Virus record (IMG/VR): IMGVR_UViG_3300032030_000030
Coordinates: 1 to 64,000 of that record
Length of the DNA: 64,000 nt
Source: a virus
Taxonomy: Duplodnaviria; Caudoviricetes
Strand: one strand, 5' to 3'
Made by a program: the position numbers and the translations under genes. Below the pieces are notes generated by a model. The model did no database searches, had not been told where the DNA came from, and saw only the letters and a program-made list of their open reading frames with translations. Shown here piece after piece: positions 8,378-18,345 of the stretch. Numbering within the stretch: position 1 is the stretch's first letter; each line of letters opens with the position of its first letter.

Positions 8378-9742
8378 ATGACAAATGAAGAAATGGAGTC
8401 ATACACTCGTGCAAAGGCTTTGAGGCTGATGATGTATTTTGCAGCCTATCCTGTAAGAAAGTGTGTTGACGTATTTAAAAAATTCTTCGGGGCAAGGGAA
8501 GTTGATTCGACTATCTTTTATTCCAACTGGAAAGAATATATGCTATATGTATTTTGTCGCAATACTCGCACACTTTCCTCTTGGTTTGATGGAGGTTCTT
8601 ATGATGACACTGTTGATATGTCGCTTAGCAACATATTAGATTCTGTCCGAATAACTGCACCATCAGACCAAGAGAAAGTATATGAGACATTCTTGCGTAT
8701 ACGCGAGAAAGACAAAAATATGGCAAGATACTTTGTCAAATGGGTATCAATATTGTGTGTACGATATGACTCTGACCATTATAGTTCTGAAATTGAAAGA
8801 ACAGGTAGCACTCCGTCATTTCGTGAGCCACTCATTTACGTTCATATACCGAAAGCGACGGTAACTTTGAACGAAAATGACTTACTCAAACACGATATCT
8901 ACGATATGTTCTTTTCCGTGTCTTGTACATATGGCATTCTTGGAGACAAGCGAACGTCTTTGCATCATAATCAGACTTCAATCAGGGGTGCAAGAAGTAC
9001 GTTTACTGCTGAAGAGGTGTCGTATTTGTACGTTCACAGCCATCGTCCTGACATGAACTCTGAGCATCCGCTGGCTTTCGACACACAATGTACTGGTGGT
9101 TTGGGAACTCCATTAAACCAACTTGTATACTCGATAAAGGAATATATGCGAGACCGTAATGTCCATGAGTTATCAAAGGCTTTGACAGAATTGTTTTGCA
9201 TCAATCTTAAGACATATGTTGGAGTGGAGTCGAATACAGGCGGTGCGTACAAACACATAGAACGTCTCGGAGCCTCATCATTGAATCCTGTTTATAGGCA
9301 ATGCATAAAAGAAACATATTCTGCCGACCAAAGATTCTTAGACAAAATGCTTGAGATGAACAGCAAGTATCATTTTGTAAAATTCGTAGCATCTAAAACT
9401 CGAATTACGTACGGAATGGCATTTACTGACATTGCTTTTGCATTATCAGATTTGGCATATGTAACTCAAAAAGAGTTGAAGGCTGTCAATTCAAACTGGT
9501 ATATGAAAGCGGCACTGGCTACAGATGGCAGAATTGTGCATATTGGCGACGGTGGGTCTTCTATACCAAGCTATATGTTAGAATCAATGGCATCAATTAT
9601 CATCAACGGCAAGAAATATCGTTTCAAAGAACATGAAGCGACAACCGACCGTCCCCGAATGAGAGTATTGAAGCAGCCTTATTTTGAGTCTCTCTTCATA
9701 CAATTCATATCTTACGTAAACAAAAAGTTACAAGAAAAATGA
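8378..9742 (+). CDS. putative E2-like (UBC-fold) protein
   Basis: YVHSH(220-222)...QCTG (C238) resembles HPN/HPH...CLG of E2 enzymes; gene context. Confidence 0.5.
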   Translation: MTNEEMESYTRAKALRLMMYFAAYPVRKCVDVFKKFFGAREVDSTIFYSNWKEYMLYVFCRNTRTLSSWFDGGSYDDTVDMSLSNILDSVRITAPSDQEKVYETFLRIREKDKNMARYFVKWVSILCVRYDSDHYSSEIERTGSTPSFREPLIYVHIPKATVTLNENDLLKHDIYDMFFSVSCTYGILGDKRTSLHHNQTSIRGARSTFTAEEVSYLYVHSHRPDMNSEHPLAFDTQCTGGLGTPLNQLVYSIKEYMRDRNVHELSKALTELFCINLKTYVGVESNTGGAYKHIERLGASSLNPVYRQCIKETYSADQRFLDKMLEMNSKYHFVKFVASKTRITYGMAFTDIAFALSDLAYVTQKELKAVNSNWYMKAALATDGRIVHIGDGGSSIPSYMLESMASIIINGKKYRFKEHEATTDRPRMRVLKQPYFESLFIQFISYVNKKLQEK

Positions 9743-10980
9743 AACAAAACAAAATCAAATGCATCTTAACTCCGCTTTTGATGGCAAAAGTGCAGTATAT
9801 GTGCAACCTCCGTCCAAGCAATGAATGGAGTGGCAACATATACTACACCTTCGAGAAGAACGAAGACGGAGAAACGACATTGACTGTCAAGGACCTTGCT
9901 TTGATGGAGTCTTATGGTTCAGAAGCGTTTACGCATTTCAGCAATACTGATGTGTATGCAACTGACTATATTGCTCAGCATCGCAAGTTGTTGGGTTGTT
10001 ACATGGGCTTGTTGCACAGTCATCACAATATGACTTGTGGTCCATCAGGCACAGATGACAACACGATGAATAAGGAAGCAAATGCTCCTGACAACAACAA
10101 CTTCCTGTCAATAATCGTATACAACAACCGCAACATCACACCGTACAGTGTTCGTATCTCTCAGCACGTAAGGCATGAGGTCTTGCCTGGCGATATGTTC
10201 TCCAATGAGTTCGGAACAGAGTACAATGAAGGCAAGTCTCCAAAACTTTGGAAACCAAAGTTGGAGACTGAGATTCTCACAATCGACAAAGACAGCGTTG
10301 TCTATTCAGACCCTTTCTGGACTGATGCAGAAAAGGAAGAGTTTGAGAAGAGGGTGAAAGTGCTTGACGACAAACACGCCGAGCAACAGAAACCAAAGAT
10401 TGTGCCTGCAAACGTAGGGGTTTCCTATCCTTACAGGCGAGATGACGACGACGACATTGATTGGGACACCGAAGACTATTATGGCTATGGTTATCATCAT
10501 GGCGGTTACTACGCTGCAAACGTGAAGAACACGAGCGTCACAATGACAACAAAGGTTACTCCGTTCAAGCGTACATACAATTCCAATATCGACGGTTTGT
10601 TCCCGTCTCAAATTGCAAGGATGTTGTTGAGGCTGTCTTACACAACAGGCCCGTCATTCTATAATGCAAATGAAATGGACGAGGCTCTCAAGAAAATCGA
10701 AGACGATTTCTACTTGATTGCAAACAGCATGAGCGACTACAAAAAAGTGCTGAGAGTTGCGCTTCCTCCGCTTCTTTCATTCATAGCATCATTCTACAAA
10801 GATGGCATAACAGGTTACACATTCAAGAACGACCTCACGATTGCCTTTTCCAGAATAAAGGAAAGTTTGTGGAGCCAGACTGCGGAAGTCAAGACAATTT
10901 GCACAGAACTCATCAAGTCAACAAAGACAATAGTTGACGCAGCCGTTAAAGCGAAGAAAACAAAAAATAAGAAGAAATGA
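9739..10980 (+). CDS. JAB/MPN+ (JAMM) metallopeptidase domain protein
   Basis: E29 (NEWSG) plus H93-S-H95-x7-S103-x2-D106. Confidence 0.85.
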   Translation: MKQNKIKCILTPLLMAKVQYMCNLRPSNEWSGNIYYTFEKNEDGETTLTVKDLALMESYGSEAFTHFSNTDVYATDYIAQHRKLLGCYMGLLHSHHNMTCGPSGTDDNTMNKEANAPDNNNFLSIIVYNNRNITPYSVRISQHVRHEVLPGDMFSNEFGTEYNEGKSPKLWKPKLETEILTIDKDSVVYSDPFWTDAEKEEFEKRVKVLDDKHAEQQKPKIVPANVGVSYPYRRDDDDDIDWDTEDYYGYGYHHGGYYAANVKNTSVTMTTKVTPFKRTYNSNIDGLFPSQIARMLLRLSYTTGPSFYNANEMDEALKKIEDDFYLIANSMSDYKKVLRVALPPLLSFIASFYKDGITGYTFKNDLTIAFSRIKESLWSQTAEVKTICTELIKSTKTIVDAAVKAKKTKNKKK

Positions 10981-11891
10981 ATGCATCAATCATGGCACAA
11001 TTGGCGGCAGAACTCGACCAACAATTGGCTTTGGCTGCTCAGCTTGAGGAAACACCGCAACCTGAACAGCCAGTAGCAGAAGAGCCGCCAGCAGAGCTTG
11101 AACAAGCGATTTCACAAGAATTAGAGGCTGAGCTTCCTGTGCCACCACGCAACTTCTTAGAGTCCGACCAGAGTACAAGGTACAAAGGTGCGGATTGGTA
11201 TGAGAAGATAAGAAGGCAGAAATGCGTAGTTATCGGTGCAGGTGGAATAGGAAGTTGGGTTATCTACTATTTGGCAAGGGCTTCTATCGGTATGATAACA
11301 GCCTACGATGGTGACACTGTTGATACAGTGAACCTCGCAGGTCAGTTGTACCGTACAAAAGACCTTGGTCATTTCAAAGTAGACGCATTGCGAGAAATCG
11401 TCATGGAATATGCACCTACATTGCAAGGTTGTTTCTATTCCGATTTCTACGTCAATGAACCATTGGACAAGATAACTATTACGGCACTTGATTCTATGAG
11501 AGCAAGAAGGCTTGTCTTCGACAACTGGGTTGCACAGACGAAAGGTCTTCCAAAAGAAGAAAAAAGCAAATGGGTGTTCATTGACGGACGTATGTCTGCC
11601 AATTCATACCAGGTGTTTGTCTTTCGTGCTTCCCAAGAGGACAAAATCAAAATGTACGACAAGAAATGTCTTTTTGATGACAGCCTTGCTGATGCTACCG
11701 CTTGTTCTTTCAAGGCTACGTCGCACATAGGAGGCGGCATTGGTTCTTACATCATGTCTCTGGTACAAGAGCATCTGCACTTGGAAGATGATGGAATGTT
11801 TGAAACCAACATAAAGTTCTTCAACGAGTTCGACACCTCGTTTGGTATTACATTAAAACAACAGAAAACATGGCAATATCGAAAGGCCTGA
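10977..11891 (+). CDS. ThiF/E1-family adenylyltransferase
   Basis: VIGAGGIGS, DGDTVDTVNLAGQ, ALDSMRAR, DGRMS, candidate catalytic Cys in ATACSFK. Confidence 0.9.
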   Translation: MNASIMAQLAAELDQQLALAAQLEETPQPEQPVAEEPPAELEQAISQELEAELPVPPRNFLESDQSTRYKGADWYEKIRRQKCVVIGAGGIGSWVIYYLARASIGMITAYDGDTVDTVNLAGQLYRTKDLGHFKVDALREIVMEYAPTLQGCFYSDFYVNEPLDKITITALDSMRARRLVFDNWVAQTKGLPKEEKSKWVFIDGRMSANSYQVFVFRASQEDKIKMYDKKCLFDDSLADATACSFKATSHIGGGIGSYIMSLVQEHLHLEDDGMFETNIKFFNEFDTSFGITLKQQKTWQYRKA

Positions 11892-12376
11892 TACGAAATT
11901 TCATTCAATGTTTCCTTCGGAAGTACATTGAGCCAGGGTCTCCCGATATACCTGTTTCGTGGTTTTCTCGTGATACTGTCAATACTCCGATAGGACAGTT
12001 GTTTGTAAAAGATGTTTCTGTATCGAAGATAAAAGACTTTCTTAATCTTAGGATGAATCAATGCGAATGTCTCAGGGTTCATCACGGAAGCGAGATAGTC
12101 TATATGTCACGCAGTGGAATAGTAACATCTCAATTCAGACCACTTCTTATTGTTGAAGGCGACAGTCAAAACCGAACGTACAAAATATCAAGGCTTGTCT
12201 TCGAGTATGACAAGTCTTGGTTTTGTTTTATAATCAGGAAATATTTGGCAACAGATATTCTTGATTATACTCGCAAAGACGTTCAACTGAGCGGCGGAAT
12301 CACGTCGTTTATGGCAGAAACCAGGCTGGATAAGAACAAGGTAACGAAATTCGTAGCAGAACTAAACGGCAAATGA
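11870..12376 (+). CDS. hypothetical protein
   Basis: ORF overlapping E1 end. Confidence 0.7.
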   Translation: MAISKGLIRNFIQCFLRKYIEPGSPDIPVSWFSRDTVNTPIGQLFVKDVSVSKIKDFLNLRMNQCECLRVHHGSEIVYMSRSGIVTSQFRPLLIVEGDSQNRTYKISRLVFEYDKSWFCFIIRKYLATDILDYTRKDVQLSGGITSFMAETRLDKNKVTKFVAELNGK

Positions 12377-12822
12377 TTGGGTTTGAACACGTTAAGAAGA
12401 CTGAGTACAATGGCATAAAGTTCGATTCGGATTTGGAAGCGAGATGTTATAAAGCCTTTGAATCGGCAGGATTAACGCCGCGCTACAATGCTGAATCATT
12501 TATACTTCAACCAAAGGAAAGGTTGCAGATTGACGTATTTGATAGGATAGGAAACAAAAATAAGAACTATCAAAACAAGGTAGGGAAGATTATGTTGCCA
12601 ATATCCTATACACCTGACTTCATAATCGAGACGCCAAAAGTAACGGCGATAATTGAGATTAAAGGTCGGGTGAAAGAAAAATACGAGATAATCAAAAAAC
12701 TGTTCATATCTCAAATCAATAACTCAAGCAATCGCAATACATTGTATGCGGTTTGTTATAATGTGAAACATTGTGAAGAAATAATAAGAATAATCAATGA
12801 GCGGAATCAAAACTGCCCTTAA
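12373..12822 (+). CDS. PD-(D/E)XK endonuclease (DUF1064-like)
   Basis: FDSDLEARCY, YTPDF, IEIKG. Confidence 0.8.
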   Translation: MIGFEHVKKTEYNGIKFDSDLEARCYKAFESAGLTPRYNAESFILQPKERLQIDVFDRIGNKNKNYQNKVGKIMLPISYTPDFIIETPKVTAIIEIKGRVKEKYEIIKKLFISQINNSSNRNTLYAVCYNVKHCEEIIRIINERNQNCP

Positions 12823-13837
12823 CATCTCGGAGCAAGAATACCGCAGTTTGCCATATCTTTCGTATTCAAAAATCGCAAAATATGAGAGAGAAGGCTTCAT
12901 GGGGTATCTTGCTCTTGATGATGATGAGAGTAGCCCGTCGCTTACATTCGGCAGTGCAGTGGACTGTTTGTTGACAGAAGGCAAGATTGCTTTCGAGAAC
13001 AATTATGTCTGTGGCGTCGAATCCGTGACAGGCAAGCAAAGCGACATCCTAACAGAGTTAGCCCAAAGACACGCAGATGACAGCATTGAGTTAAAAGACA
13101 TCGACCCAAAAGAATGGGAGAATGTTTTTACGATGTTTTCATTCAATCCAAAATGGAAGACTGAAACGAAGATTGCAAAGTTCGATAACGACGAATCACG
13201 CAATTTCTTTGATTCTGTCAAAAAGGCAAAGGGTAAAACCGTATTGCCAGAAGACGTCTATAATGATGTACTCAAATGTGCCAATGCACTCAAATACGAC
13301 AAGGTAATTGGAATCCTCTTTAATCGTTCAAGTCAATTTGAAATCCTTTATCAGGTCAAAATGACGGCTGTGTTCAACGGTCGTGTGTATAAGATTATGG
13401 CAGACATAATCTTGATTGACCACAACAACAAGAAGGTATTTCCTATTGATTTGAAAACGTCTTCTAAACACGAAGGCTTGTTCTGGCAGTCGTTTCTCCA
13501 TTGGAGATATGATTTACAGGCAAGGCTATACTGGCTTGTAATCAAGGACAATTTGGTTAGAAGCGACATGGGAGATTACGAACTAATGGATTATACATTT
13601 ATTGTCATCAACAGACAATATGTAATTCCGTTGTCTTGGACATTTGAGCATACAAGCAGCATGGCTACTTTGATTACAGAGGACGGACAGGAATTGCGGC
13701 ATCCGCTTGATATTGGCAACGAATTGTATTCGCTCATCGAAAACAGAGCGTTGCTACCTCACGGTGTTACTAACACGAAAGCAAATAAAATCGAAAATTT
13801 TGTTAAAATGCAGGAAAAAATGGAAAAAACTAAATGA
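12797..13837 (+). CDS. PD-(D/E)XK exonuclease (RecE/ExoVIII-like)
   Basis: LSYS, FGSAVD, KIMADII, IDLKTS, YDLQARLY. Confidence 0.8.
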   Translation: MSGIKTALNISEQEYRSLPYLSYSKIAKYEREGFMGYLALDDDESSPSLTFGSAVDCLLTEGKIAFENNYVCGVESVTGKQSDILTELAQRHADDSIELKDIDPKEWENVFTMFSFNPKWKTETKIAKFDNDESRNFFDSVKKAKGKTVLPEDVYNDVLKCANALKYDKVIGILFNRSSQFEILYQVKMTAVFNGRVYKIMADIILIDHNNKKVFPIDLKTSSKHEGLFWQSFLHWRYDLQARLYWLVIKDNLVRSDMGDYELMDYTFIVINRQYVIPLSWTFEHTSSMATLITEDGQELRHPLDIGNELYSLIENRALLPHGVTNTKANKIENFVKMQEKMEKTK

Positions 13838-14376
13838 CAGCAGCACTTACGACTTTGCTGGTAATCGGTGTAATAACCTCAGCAATAGTCTTTGTCTTTC
13901 TGAAAGCAAAGAAGGACACAACAAGTACGGACTTAACAGAGATTTCGTTCAGGGAAACTCTGGAACTTGTTGAAGCCCCCGTGGTTACGTTCAAAACAAA
14001 GGCAAACAACGGTACCATCCTGAAACTCAATCTGTTGATTGACACTGGTTCCTCACATTCGTTCTTCGATACAAATGTAATTGGAGATGTTGACATTATG
14101 ATGTATGACAAAAACAATACAAATCATAGTGTCACAACGCAAGGTGGAGAACTTGATGTCACCAATAGTATCAGCTTGTCATTTAGTTACGATTTGTTTA
14201 ACTTTGAAGAGAATTTCTTATTGCTCGATATGACGAAAACCAATCAATTCCTAAGAGAGAAGCATGGGTTCCAAATCGCAGGAATCCTTGGCAATACGTT
14301 CTTCAAGGAAACGAAAACGTACATCGACTACGAGAAGTTTAAAATCAAGTTTAAGAACAATGGAAAAGATAATTAA
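13834..14376 (+). CDS. membrane-anchored retropepsin-like aspartyl protease
   Basis: N-terminal hydrophobic helix; LLIDTGSSHSF and GILG motifs. Confidence 0.85.
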   Translation: MTAALTTLLVIGVITSAIVFVFLKAKKDTTSTDLTEISFRETLELVEAPVVTFKTKANNGTILKLNLLIDTGSSHSFFDTNVIGDVDIMMYDKNNTNHSVTTQGGELDVTNSISLSFSYDLFNFEENFLLLDMTKTNQFLREKHGFQIAGILGNTFFKETKTYIDYEKFKIKFKNNGKDN

Positions 14377-14788
14377 ATTGAAAAGCAGGGCGTCCGACCT
14401 TGGCAACATTGTCAAAGAATGCGACGCACCAAATTCGCTCGTTATGGTTGAGCCTGAAAAGTCTGCGTTTGTAGACTCTCTCGTTTGCGACTATGATGGC
14501 GAACTTTGGAACACGGTATTCCCGTTCAAGTTGTCAACTCCGTATTCCTACTGGGTATCAGAGGCGAGCGTTGACCCATCTGGCGGCCCGATGATAATCG
14601 AAGGGGATGTATTGACAATCGACGAGTTCTTCAAACATTGGAAAACACAGGCGACAGAATCACAAATGGTTGGATGTGAAAAACCAGAAGATGCTGTACG
14701 CAGCTGCGAAGTAATTGAGAAGGATTTACTGGTTGTTAAAGTCTATACAAACCCAGAAGTTGTCATTTTGCTCTCAGAAGTAGAATGA
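14360..14788 (+). CDS. hypothetical protein
   Basis: ATG at 14360 overlapping upstream stop; coupled to PolB. Confidence 0.7.
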   Translation: MEKIIKLKSRASDLGNIVKECDAPNSLVMVEPEKSAFVDSLVCDYDGELWNTVFPFKLSTPYSYWVSEASVDPSGGPMIIEGDVLTIDEFFKHWKTQATESQMVGCEKPEDAVRSCEVIEKDLLVVKVYTNPEVVILLSEVE

Positions 14789-16566
14789 TTCTCGATGATA
14801 AGGTGGTTGTCTTGTTTAGGGTGGTGGTATATCCCAAGGCAACCATCGTATTCTATAAAAACACAGAGAACGGCAAAGAAGTGCATTGCACATTCTCTGA
14901 CGACATCATAGATAGAGACCGTCTAAGAGCAATACACGTAAGCAAAAAATCACAATCTGTGTTGTTTGTAGGGTATTCATGCCACGAATTTGATTGCCAC
15001 GTAATAAATTATCTGATAGACTCGTATGATATTGCGAGACCCAGTGATATTTATTACTTTGCGAAACAGGAGATAAACGAAGAGAATGAGTCTCTTGACG
15101 CCAAAAAGCATTTCTATTCGCTTGACATGAAACTTATTTATCAGTCAGAGAAATTAAGACTGTCATTTGACCAACTCTGCACAAGCCTAAACGAAGACTA
15201 TTTCTTTATGGAGTCGAATGAAAACTTCGACATCACGAAAGTCATAGAGCATAGTTGTATGGGCGCAATGGAGAAATTGCTAAATATAATTGAGCCGAAA
15301 ATAAGATTGCGACTGGACTTATACTATGACCATAGGGTGAATGCAATGAACGTTGACGACGTTCTTATGGGCATACGATATATGACGAAAGCATATCTTG
15401 ACAAGACGAAAGAAGACCGCCAAAAATTCATAAGCGGCAGAACGTCGGCGCAGTTGGCAAAACTTAGCGAAATAATCAAATACAAACCGCAAACAAAGCC
15501 TCTTGAAGCCTATCTTGCCAAAGTTGGAGATACTATTATCAATCCAGAAAAAACTGGCAAAGAGGCTTGGAATACTATTTTGAATATGCACAATACAATA
15601 TTGAGCATAGCACAAGGTGGTGTTCATTCAATTACCAAACCATCAAAGTTTGTGTGCAAAGACGATGAGGTCATAGTCAAATATGATTTTACGTCAATGT
15701 TCCCAACTGTGATGGTGAACCTCAACTTGTTTCCACGCCATTTTAAGGCAGAATTTGCCGAAGTCTATAATTCCATCAGACTTGAAAGAATAAAGGCTAA
15801 AATCGAAGGAAATAAGTTGCTAAACGAACTATACAAGAAGGTTATCAACTCGGCTATCGGCTTGATGGGTTCCGATTGGTCGTATATGTATGACCCGTTG
15901 ATGAACTCATCCGTAAGGCTGAATGCCGAGTTTATAACTCTTGACCTTGTTGAATTGCTTGGAGAATATGCCAAGATTATCCAAGTAAATATAGACGGCG
16001 TATTTATATTGGCGAAGAAAAGCGATGAGATAATGATTCATAATCGCGTATCGGACTTTATGTCCAAAGCAAATATGCCATTCGAGACAGAATACTATTC
16101 TAAGATGTTTCAGTTGTCTGTAAACGATTATGTTGCCCTTGATACCCAAGAAACCCTTATTAGAAAAGGAGCATTTGCGCGTAAAGAGGCACCAAAGAGT
16201 TTTGTGGCTCCCATAATTGCCGAAGCCGCAGTCAACAACCTGATTTATAATATTCCTATCAAACAAACGATTAACTCTTGCCAGGATTGGAGTATGTTTT
16301 TGATGACAACAAACGTGGATAATAGGTTTACCGTACATATAGGTAATACTTTGCTTCCAAACCACGTTCGCTATCATTACAACAAGAATGCTCCATACCT
16401 CGTAAGGAAATCAGAAAATTCAGAAACGGTAATTGACAGGGAATCAGGAGCGACAGTGGTCTATGAGATTGCGTCCATTTGTCCAGAGATGATTGACAAG
16501 TCGGCTTATAGTCGTTGTGCTAACAAAATTACAAGTCAGTTTTTACAAGAAGAACTATTTGCGTAA
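14785..16566 (+). CDS. family B DNA polymerase, divergent
   Basis: QGGVHS, motif A YDFTSMFP, motif B KKVINSAIG, motif C NIDG, VNDY, KGAF. Confidence 0.8.
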   Translation: MILDDKVVVLFRVVVYPKATIVFYKNTENGKEVHCTFSDDIIDRDRLRAIHVSKKSQSVLFVGYSCHEFDCHVINYLIDSYDIARPSDIYYFAKQEINEENESLDAKKHFYSLDMKLIYQSEKLRLSFDQLCTSLNEDYFFMESNENFDITKVIEHSCMGAMEKLLNIIEPKIRLRLDLYYDHRVNAMNVDDVLMGIRYMTKAYLDKTKEDRQKFISGRTSAQLAKLSEIIKYKPQTKPLEAYLAKVGDTIINPEKTGKEAWNTILNMHNTILSIAQGGVHSITKPSKFVCKDDEVIVKYDFTSMFPTVMVNLNLFPRHFKAEFAEVYNSIRLERIKAKIEGNKLLNELYKKVINSAIGLMGSDWSYMYDPLMNSSVRLNAEFITLDLVELLGEYAKIIQVNIDGVFILAKKSDEIMIHNRVSDFMSKANMPFETEYYSKMFQLSVNDYVALDTQETLIRKGAFARKEAPKSFVAPIIAEAAVNNLIYNIPIKQTINSCQDWSMFLMTTNVDNRFTVHIGNTLLPNHVRYHYNKNAPYLVRKSENSETVIDRESGATVVYEIASICPEMIDKSAYSRCANKITSQFLQEELFA

Positions 16567-16571
16567 TTTTG
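16564..16571 (+). promoter_or_regulatory. Bacteroidetes sigma -7 element (TAnnTTTG)
   Basis: TAATTTTG just upstream of ORF 16579. Confidence 0.5.
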
Positions 16572-16578
16572 TGGCATT

Positions 16579-17115
16579 ATGATACCACAATATGACAGCG
16601 ACCCTTTTGAGGGTAGGAGAGGGAGAACGTTCCCGACCCAAGAAGACATCGAAGAATTTGAGCGTTATTGGCATTTGAAGCACGAGATGTTCGTTGCAGA
16701 TTCTGCCGACCAAAAATGCGTAAAACCACAGATGAGGTTGTGGCAGTTGAAATATTTTATTGACGGAGAACGAAAGTTCATAGGCGCGGCAACAATAGCG
16801 GCACCGACACCAAAGCAAGCAGAGGTCATTTTCAGAAATGAAAGTGTTTTTGAAGGTTTCAGTCAGTTGATACGTATAACTGAGATTCAGGAGATATTGC
16901 TTCCACTTGCTCCTGCAATGCTTGCTGAGAACTATACTGGCGTCATCGACAAGGGATTCCTCGAAAAATACCCGTTTGAGACGAAAAGACACGCCGACAG
17001 CAAATACTACGACCTCGAAAGAAAAATCAACGCATTGTACGAAAAAACAGGGAATGTATATGAAGATGACGAGCATATAACAATGCACGACACTACGACA
17101 TTCCCAAATGAATAA
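16579..17115 (+). CDS. hypothetical protein
   Basis: 178-aa ORF after promoter-like motif. Confidence 0.75.
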   Translation: MIPQYDSDPFEGRRGRTFPTQEDIEEFERYWHLKHEMFVADSADQKCVKPQMRLWQLKYFIDGERKFIGAATIAAPTPKQAEVIFRNESVFEGFSQLIRITEIQEILLPLAPAMLAENYTGVIDKGFLEKYPFETKRHADSKYYDLERKINALYEKTGNVYEDDEHITMHDTTTFPNE

Positions 17116-18343
17116 AACAAAAAACATAGAATGTAAAATGTTATTGAAAATTGGCGGCATTATCAAAGCCGTAGACAAAGACACCATTACAATGGGTAAT
17201 TTGCCAAGTGAAGTATTTGGCATAGGACATGACACAAACGGTTATTTCCTTAGACCAATCAAAGAAAAGTTCAGTGAACCGAGCGATTATGACGAATCGT
17301 TCTTCGGTGCCAAGTTGGACTATCTTGTCAAGAGGGCGCAAGCAGAAACTGGCAATGTCGGCTACTTGTTCTCTGGCGTAAAGGGCATGGGTAAGACTCT
17401 TCTTATGGAGATGATTGCAAACAGGATGAATCTTCCTGTAATCATTGTCGAAACCAACTCTGCGGCAGACAACAACAACCTGTTCCAGTTCTTGTTTGCG
17501 CTTGAAACGTCAATGGTGATAATCATTGATGAGTTCGAGAAGAAATTGTCAAACGTTGCACAAGAGCAATTGCTTTCATTCTTTGACGGCATTTACAATA
17601 GCGACAAGAAGAAAGTATTTCTGCTTTCTTGTAACGACGACAATATCAACGATGCCTTCATTGGCAGACTTGGCAGGATTCTTTACAAGGTTCCGTTCCA
17701 TGCAATCTCTGACAAAAACGTCTGTGTGCGTTTCATGCAGAAACACACTTCGCTTTCTGACGGCGAAATCGACACGCTTGTTGATATGCTGTCAACAAAG
17801 CAGCGAATAACCATCGACATCCTTCACAAGATTGCAAAAGAACTTCGTCTCACTGACTTCAAGTCATTCGTTGAAATCGGCTGGCCAATCATCAACCTCG
17901 AAGATACGATTTATGACATATATTGTGATACTTACGACTTCGATGGAGACGAGTCGCAGAGCAGTCCTCAAAACAGACCGCTTGCAGACTTTGTTGAGGC
18001 TATGTCATTGTCTTTCCATGAAAGGGAGGCATTCCTCGAAAACCTTCGCAAGGCAAGGGAAGCCAACCCTGAGTTCGTTCCCGACACAAAGGACGAAATA
18101 AAAGAGACCTACTTCAACTGTTCTGATGGCAGATGGTTCACAACCAAGAAAGTGCTTTCGGAAATTAAGGTAGGCGACAGTCTGGACGGCAGCAACTATG
18201 TAGTAAAATCTATTGAAAGGCGTAAGAACCTCATGTTCATGCTTATCGTAGAAACCAACGACGAAACTTCTGGATATTACTGCAAAGTTATCAGGTTCCG
18301 TGGAACTCCTGCCTTCGGACTTGTTTCGGAAAAATTTGGATAA
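17108..18343 (+). CDS. AAA+ ATPase
   Basis: GVKGMGKT, IIIDEFEK, LSCN, GRLGRI. Confidence 0.9.
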   Translation: MNKTKNIECKMLLKIGGIIKAVDKDTITMGNLPSEVFGIGHDTNGYFLRPIKEKFSEPSDYDESFFGAKLDYLVKRAQAETGNVGYLFSGVKGMGKTLLMEMIANRMNLPVIIVETNSAADNNNLFQFLFALETSMVIIIDEFEKKLSNVAQEQLLSFFDGIYNSDKKKVFLLSCNDDNINDAFIGRLGRILYKVPFHAISDKNVCVRFMQKHTSLSDGEIDTLVDMLSTKQRITIDILHKIAKELRLTDFKSFVEIGWPIINLEDTIYDIYCDTYDFDGDESQSSPQNRPLADFVEAMSLSFHEREAFLENLRKAREANPEFVPDTKDEIKETYFNCSDGRWFTTKKVLSEIKVGDSLDGSNYVVKSIERRKNLMFMLIVETNDETSGYYCKVIRFRGTPAFGLVSEKFG

Positions 18344-18345
18344 CC

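Noticed and set aside
10977-11891. ThiF as a thiamine/molybdopterin biosynthesis gene
   Set aside because: No ThiS/MoaD ending in GG and no pathway genes; neighbours are JAB and E2-like.
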